Source: an uncultured Thermoplasmata archaeon
GTDB lineage: Archaea > Thermoplasmatota > Poseidoniia > MGIII > CG-Epi1
Assembly: GCA_964015055.1 (NCBI GenBank)
Contig: CAXHBG010000002.1
Span: 1 to 41,242, forward strand
Length of the DNA: 41,242 nt
Direction of reading: 5' to 3'
Positions 25,605 to 33,763 of the stretch are shown here, in pieces. How positions within the stretch are numbered: position 1 is the first letter of the stretch; every line of letters begins with the position of its first letter. Made by a program: the position numbers and the translations under genes. The notes beneath the pieces are model-generated. The model had not been told where the DNA came from. It saw only the letters and a program-made list of their open reading frames with translations, and searched no databases.

Positions 25605-25775
25605 TCAATCGTATTTTTTGAAACCAAGTTCGGTGGCTTTGTCTCTAAAGCATTGCCTACACAAATTTAGTCCATGTCTGCGTACAAGTCCGCGTTTTCT
25701 ATCACATAGAACACATCCTATGATGCGTCCACGATAAACTTCTCTGACCTTAATTTTTACGTCATCGATGTTCAT
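25605..25775 (-). CDS. rps14: 30S ribosomal protein uS14 (zinc-binding type Z)
   Basis: [23 protein letters not shown] zinc-ribbon core. I place the start at the ATG at 25775, which forms an ATGA overlap with the rpl5 stop. The longer track ORF would overlap rpl5 by 52 nt. Confidence 0.88.
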   Translation of the reverse strand: MNIDDVKIKVREVYRGRIIGCVLCDRKRGLVRRHGLNLCRQCFRDKATELGFKKYD

Positions 25776-26284
25776 ACCTTGAATACCTCCAAGTTGAATT
25801 TTTTTGTCATATATTCTTGGCACTCTTCAGCGTTAATACGGTGGTTTTTGCCAATTTTATTGTGCTTAATTTTCCTTCTTGCAACACGATATCCAGGGCG
25901 TTCAAAAGCAACTGCGATATCTAATCCAAATATTCCAATATCAGGATCATAATTTTCATTTTTGTAACCCGTGTAATCGGGTATACCAAAACTAACTCCG
26001 CCGGTTTTTGAGAAGCAGTATGCAGGTAATCTATTTTCTCTTACCCATAATGATTCTTTTAGGAATTTCATTGCGTTTTCTCCTCTTAAAGTAACCTTAC
26101 ATCCGATAGGCATTCCTAATCGAATTCCTAAATCACGGTTAGTTGATTTTGATAAGGTACGAACTGGTTTACATCCGCTCAGTTTTTCAAGAACAGTTTC
26201 AGCTTTACCGAGCCTTTCTCCGGCTTCTCCTACGCCGATATTCAGAACGACTTTTGATATTCTTAATTCTTTCATAGGATTCAT
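25772..26284 (-). CDS. rpl5: 50S ribosomal protein uL5
   Basis: [14 protein letters not shown] pattern and operon position. Confidence 0.9.
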   Translation of the reverse strand: MNPMKELRISKVVLNIGVGEAGERLGKAETVLEKLSGCKPVRTLSKSTNRDLGIRLGMPIGCKVTLRGENAMKFLKESLWVRENRLPAYCFSKTGGVSFGIPDYTGYKNENYDPDIGIFGLDIAVAFERPGYRVARRKIKHNKIGKNHRINAEECQEYMTKKFNLEVFKV

Positions 26285-26985
26285 ACTTTAACCTCCGGAA
26301 GTGAAATCATTGCTTTCTTTTCACCTACAACAAATGAGTACGGTCTAATGGTTTGGAAATTTTCATACATGACCAAGTTTGGCTTTGTGCTTCTTGTGGT
26401 TTCTTCCCCCATTATTGTTGAAATTGAGCCTACATGGGCTCCACCAATGATTAGTGATTGCGCACCTTTTTTGAATTTTAAAACTTTTTTAACTTTCAAG
26501 TCAGGCAGATTTAATTGCAATACATCCCCAGTTTTTACTTTTTCTTTGGATAAAATATTAGTTCCATCATGGAGGTTAATTTGCGTGTGCCCTCCCTTAA
26601 TATTTCTCTTATTTTCAACTCGCGCAAGTTTCCATTTTGAATCAGCAGCTTTAATTGGAACAAATTCAATTCGACCGTGTTTGTCGAGCATTGCTCTAAC
26701 ATGCAACTTAATTTTTGGAATCGAAATAATATCCATAAGTCCTACAGGATATTTTGGTTTGTTAACGACACGCTGATCAACGAATACATCACGGTTATGA
26801 AGTATAATTTTTGCTTCGCGATTATTATCACAGACCTTCAAATAATCTCTCAAAATTGTTGAAATAGGTAATGCACCTTCCAAAGAGTGCTTTCCAGGCA
26901 TAGGCTTTGTAGTCCACGTTCGCTCTTTTCTAGCTATATTCCAAGAACGAGGGGCAACTAGTCTCTTAAGATGTCCACTACTCAT
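26281..26985 (-). CDS. rps4e: 30S ribosomal protein eS4
   Basis: GHLKRLVAPRSW N-terminus and operon position. Confidence 0.9.
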   Translation of the reverse strand: MSSGHLKRLVAPRSWNIARKERTWTTKPMPGKHSLEGALPISTILRDYLKVCDNNREAKIILHNRDVFVDQRVVNKPKYPVGLMDIISIPKIKLHVRAMLDKHGRIEFVPIKAADSKWKLARVENKRNIKGGHTQINLHDGTNILSKEKVKTGDVLQLNLPDLKVKKVLKFKKGAQSLIIGGAHVGSISTIMGEETTRSTKPNLVMYENFQTIRPYSFVVGEKKAMISLPEVKV

Positions 26986-27638
26986 TTTGAATCTCCTTGC
27001 AATCTTTCAATCAGATCGGCTTTCTTTCCACTAACAGGCAATCCCTTTTCTTTCAATATGTCCTTTAATTCAGCAACAGACATTTTTGAATAATCAGTTT
27101 TTTCAGAAACTTCGTCTTTTTTACTATCATCCGTTTCTTCCTCTGTAACTTCTTCTTCACTACCTTCGTCTTTTTCTTCAGAGGGTTCTACGTTTTCAGC
27201 TTCATACTCGTCTTCTGCAGCTTCAAGGTCTGATATCACTTCATCAGTCCAATCTACAGATTCGTTAATCCGGTTCAATATCTTTCTTCTTCTAATATCA
27301 GACCAGTCAGGATTGATAATAACTAAGTTTGACGCATCAATAGGTCTTTGTAATTCAGTTCCGTCTGATTTGAAATAAGTAAATCCTTCAACATAGACTT
27401 TTCTGGCTTTACGATCAACTAGTGATACGGCGGTGGCAGATTTGGATTTTCCTTCACCTCTAACAATCATAACCCTATCGCCTTTTTTCACAGGCATAGC
27501 TCTTGGGTACATGAATCCTCTTGATAATTGTCTTTCTCTAAGACCTTTATCAATTGGAGAAGACATTTCACGGTGTCTCCTGTGATAAGGCGCCGTATAA
27601 TGGGCTAGTCTCTGTTTTCTTGGTTGTTTTGAACTCAT
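26982..27638 (-). CDS. rpl24: 50S ribosomal protein uL24 with C-terminal acidic linker and SAP-like domain
   Basis: aa 1-~123 are the archaeal uL24/KOW core (KKGDRVMIVRGEGKSK). aa ~124-218 are an extension ending MSVAELKDILKEKGLPVSGKKADLIERLQ. Confidence 0.9.
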   Translation of the reverse strand: MSSKQPRKQRLAHYTAPYHRRHREMSSPIDKGLRERQLSRGFMYPRAMPVKKGDRVMIVRGEGKSKSATAVSLVDRKARKVYVEGFTYFKSDGTELQRPIDASNLVIINPDWSDIRRRKILNRINESVDWTDEVISDLEAAEDEYEAENVEPSEEKDEGSEEEVTEEETDDSKKDEVSEKTDYSKMSVAELKDILKEKGLPVSGKKADLIERLQGDSK

Positions 27639-27645
27639 TTAATCC

Positions 27646-28044
27646 TCATACTATAGTTGTTGCTGCAGCAGCTATACGCGGCCATCTTTCGGCAGCTTCT
27701 CTTGATACAGGCCCTTTAATTCCAGACCCTTTAGTTTCTCCTTGTTCATTTGTTAAGACCGCAGCATTGTCCTCAAACTGGACCATAGTACCGTCAGCTC
27801 TTCTGAAAGGTCTGCGGCATCTTACGATTACAGCTCTAACAAGCTGCCTTCGCATTTCTGGGTTTCCTTTTTTGACAGATGCAATCACCATATCACCGAC
27901 TCCAGCAGCAGGTGATCTTCGGTGTACACCTTTGTAATTTAAAACGGTAACAATTTCTACAATTTTTGCCCCGCTATTATCGACACAATCGATTCTAGCG
28001 CCTTGTGGCAAGCCTCTCATTTGTCTTCCTGCAACCGCCCTCAT
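27646..28044 (-). CDS. rpl14: 50S ribosomal protein uL14
   Basis: VDNSGAK...GDMVIASVKKG pattern and operon position. Confidence 0.9.
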   Translation of the reverse strand: MRAVAGRQMRGLPQGARIDCVDNSGAKIVEIVTVLNYKGVHRRSPAAGVGDMVIASVKKGNPEMRRQLVRAVIVRCRRPFRRADGTMVQFEDNAAVLTNEQGETKGSGIKGPVSREAAERWPRIAAAATTIV

Positions 28045-28382
28045 GGATCTCTCCTTTCAATGACAACGAATGACTTAGTCTTAGACAATGGCCTGCACTC
28101 CATTATAGTCACAGCATCGCCTTCATTTGCTCCAACACTGGCAGGACTGTGAGCGCTAATCTTAGATGAACTTCTAGCATATCTTTCATATTTAGAATCA
28201 TATTTCATTTTATTGATTTGAACAACAACGGTTTTTTGAGCTTTAGCTTTTACAACAATTCCTCGTAGAACTTGACCTCTTACAGAGAGTGTTCCAAAGA
28301 AAGGATCGTTAGTATCTCCATCCCATGGGTTGGCGGGAGCGATAACATCAACTCCTATGTCACGTGGCTTATCTTTACTCAT
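28041..28382 (-). CDS. rps17: 30S ribosomal protein uS17
   Basis: LRGIVVKAKAQKTVVV...GDAVTIMECRPLSKTK pattern and operon position. Confidence 0.9.
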   Translation of the reverse strand: MSKDKPRDIGVDVIAPANPWDGDTNDPFFGTLSVRGQVLRGIVVKAKAQKTVVVQINKMKYDSKYERYARSSSKISAHSPASVGANEGDAVTIMECRPLSKTKSFVVIERRDP

Positions 28383-28621
28383 GCTTTCACCTTTTTAATT
28401 CGGTCTTGGGACCTGTAAGCAATTTTATTTCCTTCAAGTTCTCCACTTTTGAACATGAATTTACCAGGTCGCTTACTGACCATTTTAGCTTTCCCATTTG
28501 AGAAAATAGTAATCGTTTCTCGAGTTTCGTCGACAATTTTCCCAGAGATTCCTTTAATACTTGGATCTGAATGTTCGGATACTGTCACTTGTTCCCCCAT
28601 AAATTCATCTCTTCCATCCAT
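28379..28621 (-). CDS. rnp1: RNase P protein component 1 (Rpp29/Pop4 homologue)
   Basis: Small Sm-like barrel pattern (GISGKIVDETRETITI) in the conserved archaeal slot between SUI1/uL29 and uS17. Confidence 0.8.
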   Translation of the reverse strand: MDGRDEFMGEQVTVSEHSDPSIKGISGKIVDETRETITIFSNGKAKMVSKRPGKFMFKSGELEGNKIAYRSQDRIKKVKA

Positions 28622-28918
28622 TTATTGTACCTCCACTGGGAATCCCATGTCTGTTAAAACTTCATTAACTTTTTTGGTGTGATCTCCTTGCAATTCAATA
28701 ATCCCGCCTTTTGAAGTTCCACCGGTAGCGCATTTAGTTTTGAGCTGTTTTGCTAAATCATTAATGTCTACGCTTTTGCCAATACCATCGACGATAGTAA
28801 CTAATTTTCCATATCTACGCTTCTCAATATGAACCCTAATTGATTGTTGTTCTCTAATTATCTCTTCCATTGCGAGTAATTCTTTAGGAAGACCAGTTAG
28901 AGGATCAATGTCTACCAT
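28622..28918 (-). CDS. Translation initiation factor SUI1 (aIF1)
   Basis: RRYGKLVTIVDGI...LAKQLKTKCATGGTSKGGIIELQGDH is the SUI1 signature. Confidence 0.9.
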   Translation of the reverse strand: MVDIDPLTGLPKELLAMEEIIREQQSIRVHIEKRRYGKLVTIVDGIGKSVDINDLAKQLKTKCATGGTSKGGIIELQGDHTKKVNEVLTDMGFPVEVQ

Positions 28919-29131
28919 CTAAGCTTCTTCCTCCAATTCAATTTCTCTCATAATGGTAGTTAATCGTGCGATTTGCTTTTTCAAAGCTCTCATTCTTCCA
29001 GGTGACGTAGGTTGTCCTCCCATAGATGCAACGCCTCTTTCATTCATTAATTCAGAGCGTAATTCTCTTAATCTAGATTCCCTTTCTTCAGGTTGCATCT
29101 CTCTTAATTCTAAAGGTTTTTTCAAAGTCAT
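28919..29131 (-). CDS. rpl29: 50S ribosomal protein uL29
   Basis: 70-aa helical protein (LRELRSELMNER...) at the operon position after uS3. Confidence 0.88.
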   Translation of the reverse strand: MTLKKPLELREMQPEERESRLRELRSELMNERGVASMGGQPTSPGRMRALKKQIARLTTIMREIELEEEA

Positions 29132-29886
29132 TTGTCATCACCTTTCTTTTCAGATTTTTTCTCTTTTTTATCAGTTTTAGATTTCTTTTCTACCTTAGTA
29201 TCTTCAGCCTTTTCTTCTTTCTTTTCTTCGGTAGTTTCTTCCTCAGTCTCGTCTGTAGATTCTTCCTCTTTGACTTCTACGACAGGTTCAGGAAGTTGAG
29301 TAACTTCTATTTCGTCAGGTAATTTTGCGTCGGGACGCATAATTGCCACCTTAACTCCAATTGTTCCAGGTTTTAGCTTAGCTTGAGCGATTCCAACATC
29401 CATTAATTCAAGAGCAGTTTCGCCACAGAATTTAATATGCCCAGATAAGAATTTTTCAGTTCGGTGCCTTAATCCAGTTAATTTACCGGCAATCGTAATC
29501 TGACATCCTCTTGCTCCAGAATCCATAATTCTCTGCAACATAGAATTCCCAGCTCTTCGGTAATTCCATCCTCTCTCAAGAGCATTTGCTACTTTTGCAG
29601 CCATGATTAATGGGTTAAGAGCAAAATTATTAACTTCGCCAGCTTCAACTTGGAGATTTTCATAACCGAATTTCCTTTCTAATTCTTCAGTTAATTTTTG
29701 AATATCGCTACCTTTTCTTCCGATAACAAGTCCCGGCCTTTCAGCTGCAATTCTAACATGAGTTCCTAGAGGAGTTCTCTGTATTGATAGTCCACCAAAT
29801 CCGGCTCTGCTAGTCTTATTTTGAACGTAATCATGTACTTGCGCTCTGCGTACACGTTCTTTTATCATTTCTTTTACAACGGTCAT
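29128..29886 (-). CDS. rps3: 30S ribosomal protein uS3 (Lys/Glu-rich C-terminal tail)
   Basis: KH-domain core (PGLVIGRKGSDIQKLTEELE) and operon position. Confidence 0.9.
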   Translation of the reverse strand: MTVVKEMIKERVRRAQVHDYVQNKTSRAGFGGLSIQRTPLGTHVRIAAERPGLVIGRKGSDIQKLTEELERKFGYENLQVEAGEVNNFALNPLIMAAKVANALERGWNYRRAGNSMLQRIMDSGARGCQITIAGKLTGLRHRTEKFLSGHIKFCGETALELMDVGIAQAKLKPGTIGVKVAIMRPDAKLPDEIEVTQLPEPVVEVKEEESTDETEEETTEEKKEEKAEDTKVEKKSKTDKKEKKSEKKGDDK

Positions 29887-30335
29887 TTAACTTCCTCCAA
29901 TACCACTTCAACGTTTGCACTTTCGCGCATTTTCGGTGTAGCTCGACCTCTAGCACGTGGGAATCTGCTTTCAAATCTCACTCCGCGAGATGTAGCGATA
30001 TGGGCTATTCTCCAATTTTCAATGTCAATGTGAAGAGCTTCTCCATTGTTTCCTGCAGATTCAATAACTTTTAGGATTGCAGCTGCAGTTTTCACAGGAA
30101 ATCTTCCACTTGAAATTCCTTTACCTTTTCTATGACCGACTTTACCATCATGGCGCTTGAAAGGTACGGCTTGCTCGAGATCCATTACTCTTTCTAAGTA
30201 ACTTTTAGCTTTTTCGAGTTCCATTCCCTTGATAGCATGACAAACTTCTCTAGCAGCTTTAGGAGAGACATTCAATCCAGTTCCGCGAGCAGCAGCATGT
30301 ATTTCGGGGTTGTATGGGTATGAGAATCCTTTCAT
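29883..30335 (-). CDS. rpl22: 50S ribosomal protein uL22
   Basis: AREVCHAIKGMELEKAKSYLERV pattern and operon position. Confidence 0.9.
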   Translation of the reverse strand: MKGFSYPYNPEIHAAARGTGLNVSPKAAREVCHAIKGMELEKAKSYLERVMDLEQAVPFKRHDGKVGHRKGKGISSGRFPVKTAAAILKVIESAGNNGEALHIDIENWRIAHIATSRGVRFESRFPRARGRATPKMRESANVEVVLEEVK

Positions 30336-30339
30336 AATA

Positions 30340-30807
30340 TCACTTCAACGGCATAAATTTAGACGACTTGGTAGCACCGACACCAGGTCCTGTGTGTGTA
30401 GGGGATGTTCTTGTAGGAGCCAATTCTCCAAAGTACAATCCAATCATTTCCGGGAGAATTTCAAGATCTACAAATTCTCTGCCATTGTATACACCAAATT
30501 TTCTTCCTACAAATTGAGGAATGATAATCATTTCTCTACGGTGTGTTCGAATAACTTTATCCGGTTTATTATTAGAATCATTAATAATTTTTGCTTGTTC
30601 CATGCTCAAGCCACGCTTAAAGGACCTTCGTTGTCTCGAAGGTACAATGGCAATAAATTCCTCGAAGGTTAGTTCTTTTAATTTATCTATCGTCATTCCG
30701 CGGTAAGTAAACTCTTTCTTTCTGCGGACTTGAATACCTGCCTTCCTTTTTCTCTCTCTCCTTCTTGCAGCTTTTGGCGTAGCAAGACCTTTTGTTCTTC
30801 GGGCCAT
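30340..30807 (-). CDS. rps19: 30S ribosomal protein uS19
   Basis: KKEFTYRGMTIDKL...PSRQRRSFKRGL...VYNGREF pattern and operon position. Confidence 0.9.
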   Translation of the reverse strand: MARRTKGLATPKAARRRERKRKAGIQVRRKKEFTYRGMTIDKLKELTFEEFIAIVPSRQRRSFKRGLSMEQAKIINDSNNKPDKVIRTHRREMIIIPQFVGRKFGVYNGREFVDLEILPEMIGLYFGELAPTRTSPTHTGPGVGATKSSKFMPLK

Positions 30808-31505
30808 TAACGTTTAGCTCCTGTTCTCTTTGCAGCAATGTGACCAACCTTTCTTCCAGGTGGGGCATTTCTAGAAACTGTAGAATTGATACCGATTGTC
30901 TGCTTTCGTCCACTTCCGTGTGGGTGGTCTACAGCATTCATAGCAACTCCTCTTACCTTAGGCCAAATCTTTGGTCTAGCTCTATTTCTGTAGAAATTCT
31001 TTCCTGCCTTTGCAATAGGTTTTTCACCTCTTCCTGAGCCTGCAACTGAGCCAATGGTGGCTCTACACATATTATCGAATGCTTTTTGAGCTTTGGAAGG
31101 TAAACGAACAATTGTTTTTTTACCGTGGGAAACAATTGTAGCTGCATTTCCAGCAGCTCTTGCTAACTTCCCACCATCTCCAGGCTTCATTTCAATATTA
31201 TAAATTTTAGTACCTTCCGGTATAGAACCGATGTATGCAGTATTTCCAGTATCTAGTTCAGCACCATGTCCTGCACTTACTTCTTGACCGACATGCATTC
31301 CATCATGCGCAATCATAGTATATGTTCCATTTTGATCTTCAACTTTTGCCACAGGCGCAGTCCTACCAGGGTCATGTAATAATTCGACGACCTTTCCACT
31401 GGAAGATTTTGATCTTGGATGACGTGCATCACCCTTGAAACGATTATCAGCTGCCTTGTAGCGACGTCCTCGTCCGCGTCTTCTAGGTATTATTCTCTTT
31501 CCCAT
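30807..31505 (-). CDS. rpl2: 50S ribosomal protein uL2
   Basis: MNAVDHPHGSG and GNTAYIGSIPEGTKIYNIE patterns and operon position. Confidence 0.9.
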   Translation of the reverse strand: MGKRIIPRRRGRGRRYKAADNRFKGDARHPRSKSSSGKVVELLHDPGRTAPVAKVEDQNGTYTMIAHDGMHVGQEVSAGHGAELDTGNTAYIGSIPEGTKIYNIEMKPGDGGKLARAAGNAATIVSHGKKTIVRLPSKAQKAFDNMCRATIGSVAGSGRGEKPIAKAGKNFYRNRARPKIWPKVRGVAMNAVDHPHGSGRKQTIGINSTVSRNAPPGRKVGHIAAKRTGAKR

Positions 31506-31509
31506 TTTA

Positions 31510-31764
31510 TCACAATATTCCTAATCTATTACTCAAATCTTCGGCTGAATGCCCTTCAGCTAATTTAACAATAGCCAACTTACCTTCTTTGGTAATTCGG
31601 GTATTGACTTTACTCACTTCCACTTGGAATAAAGATCTAACAGCACCTTTAATGTCCAATTTGGAAGCAGTTCTTGCAACATAAAATTCTAATTTATTTT
31701 GTTCAAGCATGTACAATGCCCTTTCTTTTGAGCGAGGACTTAGAATTACTTTGTGATCACTCAT
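31510..31764 (-). CDS. rpl23: 50S ribosomal protein uL23
   Basis: Size (84 aa), KLEFYVARTASKLDIKGAV pattern and operon position. Confidence 0.88.
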   Translation of the reverse strand: MSDHKVILSPRSKERALYMLEQNKLEFYVARTASKLDIKGAVRSLFQVEVSKVNTRITKEGKLAIVKLAEGHSAEDLSNRLGIL

Positions 31765-32549
31765 AACCGCTCTCCTAATGCAGAAACTGCAGATTTACTG
31801 AATATTACTAATCTTCCTGGGTCTCCACCAGGAGCTAACAATTCAGTGTTCAAGTTTTTAGACGTAGTAACATCAACTCCGGATAAGTTACGGAAAGCCC
31901 TTTCAGAATCACTATCTTCAGAAAGAACGAGTAGTACAGATTTAGGTGTGCGGTATTTTCTTCCGCGGCTTTTTCCTTTACCTGCCCTTATTCCCTTACC
32001 TTCACGAGCGCGCTTAACATCTCCTAGTAGCCCAAGATCTTCCAATAGTGAAGTTGCTCTCTTGGTGAGAGACCCACCTTCGTTATCCTTGGCTAAGGTT
32101 TCTATTTTGTCTTCAACCACATAAGGCAATGTAGCTTTTTCAGGGATTTGGTGTCCTCTTGCGAGAACATATGATTCCTGTGAGGTAGCAGCTAATGCAG
32201 ATTTGAAAGCTTTCTTATTTTCTTTCGAATTGATTTTTAGTGTCCAGTCTTTTTCAGCTTTTGGTGGATGAGCACGTCTTCCTCCGATTGTGTTCGGAGC
32301 TTGAGCACCGCGACCGCCTCCGCCGTTTTTACGAGGAGTTCTTGCCATACCGCGGCCTTTACCTGGCCATGAAACAGAGTGTCTGAATCCAGCACGATTT
32401 GAGGCGCCGTATGGTTGTCTTCGGTTTGCTCGAGAAGCTCTCACAGCTTTTCTGATTAAATCTAAACGTACAGGCTCATTAAATGCATCAGGCAATTTTG
32501 CCGATTTCTTTGAGGCCTTTCCCTTAATTGAATATATTGGTACTTCCAT
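31761..32549 (-). CDS. rpl4: 50S ribosomal protein uL4
   Basis: GKGRGMARTPR...GGGRGAQAPNTIGGRRAHPPK pattern and operon position. Confidence 0.9.
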   Translation of the reverse strand: MEVPIYSIKGKASKKSAKLPDAFNEPVRLDLIRKAVRASRANRRQPYGASNRAGFRHSVSWPGKGRGMARTPRKNGGGGRGAQAPNTIGGRRAHPPKAEKDWTLKINSKENKKAFKSALAATSQESYVLARGHQIPEKATLPYVVEDKIETLAKDNEGGSLTKRATSLLEDLGLLGDVKRAREGKGIRAGKGKSRGRKYRTPKSVLLVLSEDSDSERAFRNLSGVDVTTSKNLNTELLAPGGDPGRLVIFSKSAVSALGERL

Positions 32550-32551
32550 AA

Positions 32552-33562
32552 CTATACTCCTTGTTGGCTCTCCTGTGAAATCATTGTAATTTCAGGTACA
32601 ACGACAGAATCAGTTTTCTTTCCGTGGAATCGTACAGCTTTTCTAAATCTAATTAGCCTTTTACTTGGCCCAGGTAAGGAACCGTGCAGAAGCGCATAAT
32701 TTCCACGAATTAAACCATAATTCAAAAATCCGCCTTTCGGATTAATTTCGTCTGGATTATCTCCAATTTTTAATAATCTTTTATTGTATTCAGTACGTTG
32801 GTGGTATCCTGTCTGACCTGCTTGCGGTACCGTGGAAACAACATACCCTGGACTGAAAGGACCTAAATTTCCAATCATTCTACGATGTTTGGAGTTTTTA
32901 TGTGTCAATAATTTCACACCCCATCGCTTAACATGCCCTTGGAAACCATATCCCGTTGTTACAGCAATAGCGTCCAACATTTCACCATCTTGTGTAAAAT
33001 CAGACATTGTGAATTCTTTACCCATCATTTCTTTTGCGAATTCAATTTGTGCATCAACAGATCCTCCACCTACAGCCATTTCCATAATTTCGGGTCTTTT
33101 CTTTGGAATTCCAGTCACCATTCGTGGTTGTGTGTGGACTAAAAGTCTAACTTCTTCTAAATCACTATCAGACATTTTCTTCCATGCAGCTTTCGCATCG
33201 TGACTTTTAGGGATAGGTAACGTTCTTTCTAAATCCTTATCAATTTTCTTTTCCCAAGCCTCAGTTAAAGTTCTTAATCCGTAAGTATCCTGAATGTAGC
33301 CCCTTGCTCCAATTACTTTCATTGGCGGAATTTCGACTATGGTTACAGGCATCCTGATTTCTTGTCCTGCAGTGGTAGATTTTTTGCGGTAATCAACAGC
33401 CATGATGTGACTCATACCAACTTTATATCCTGCAAAACCAAGAATTTTCGGATCGTCACCTTCGACAGCAGCCCAACTAGAGACATGAGGCGTTTCAGAG
33501 CGCGCTCTCTTACGAGGGCTGAAAGCCATGGATCCGCGGTTTGGTTTGTTGTGTTTTGGCAT
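32552..33562 (-). CDS. rpl3: 50S ribosomal protein uL3
   Basis: Archaeal uL3 begins MPKHNKPNRGSMAFSPRKRA, the internal ATG at 33562. The 59 upstream codons of the track ORF fall in a GC-rich non-coding leader. Confidence 0.9.
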   Translation of the reverse strand: MPKHNKPNRGSMAFSPRKRARSETPHVSSWAAVEGDDPKILGFAGYKVGMSHIMAVDYRKKSTTAGQEIRMPVTIVEIPPMKVIGARGYIQDTYGLRTLTEAWEKKIDKDLERTLPIPKSHDAKAAWKKMSDSDLEEVRLLVHTQPRMVTGIPKKRPEIMEMAVGGGSVDAQIEFAKEMMGKEFTMSDFTQDGEMLDAIAVTTGYGFQGHVKRWGVKLLTHKNSKHRRMIGNLGPFSPGYVVSTVPQAGQTGYHQRTEYNKRLLKIGDNPDEINPKGGFLNYGLIRGNYALLHGSLPGPSKRLIRFRKAVRFHGKKTDSVVVPEITMISQESQQGV

Positions 33563-33725
33563 TTTATTCTCTCTCCAGATATCGCTAACCGTTGCTAACG
33601 GTGTTGTATACCAGGCGTAATTCCTACAAGTTGCACATCGTACCGTGACGCTGTTTCTCGTCGAGAACGAGTGCCTCGAGAGGTGTAGGGATAATTGCCC
33701 TGAGCGTCTGGTTGCGTGATTGCAG
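33563..33725 (-). promoter_or_regulatory. GC-rich structured 5' leader of the rpl3 operon (candidate ribosomal-protein leader / cis-regulatory RNA)
   Basis: About 52% GC by hand count over nt 33601-33740 in an otherwise AT-rich window. Hairpins lie at 33588-33602 and 33657-33671, and a 6-bp long-range pairing joins 33647-33652 with 33703-33708. Confidence 0.45.
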
Positions 33726-33744
33726 GGTCTCTCGCACAAAGGGA

Positions 33745-33756
33745 CCCTATATAAGG
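33745..33756 (-). promoter_or_regulatory. Putative TATA-box promoter of the ribosomal-protein operon
   Basis: The minus strand reads ccttatataggg ~190 nt upstream of the rpl3 ATG, directly after the stop of the upstream gene. Confidence 0.45.
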
Positions 33757-33763
33757 ACTAGTA

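Noticed and set aside
25776-25823. Longer uS14 ORF start overlapping rpl5 by 52 nt
   Set aside because: The internal ATG at 25775 gives a standard 56-aa zinc-type uS14 and a classic ATGA stop/start overlap with rpl5.
18729-33598. Numerous 60-140-aa ORFs overlapping or antisense to the ribosomal-protein, secY and adk genes in the track
   Set aside because: Every one is embedded in a confidently identified conserved gene on the opposite strand or in another frame, and none has recognisable motifs.
33563-33739. 59-codon Cys/Arg-rich N-terminal extension of the uL3 ORF in the track (MCERPCNHATRR...)
   Set aside because: Archaeal uL3 starts at MPKHNKPNRGS (ATG at 33562). The extension lies in the GC-rich leader and has no ribosomal-protein-like composition. 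It is best explained as a chance open frame in structured non-coding RNA.
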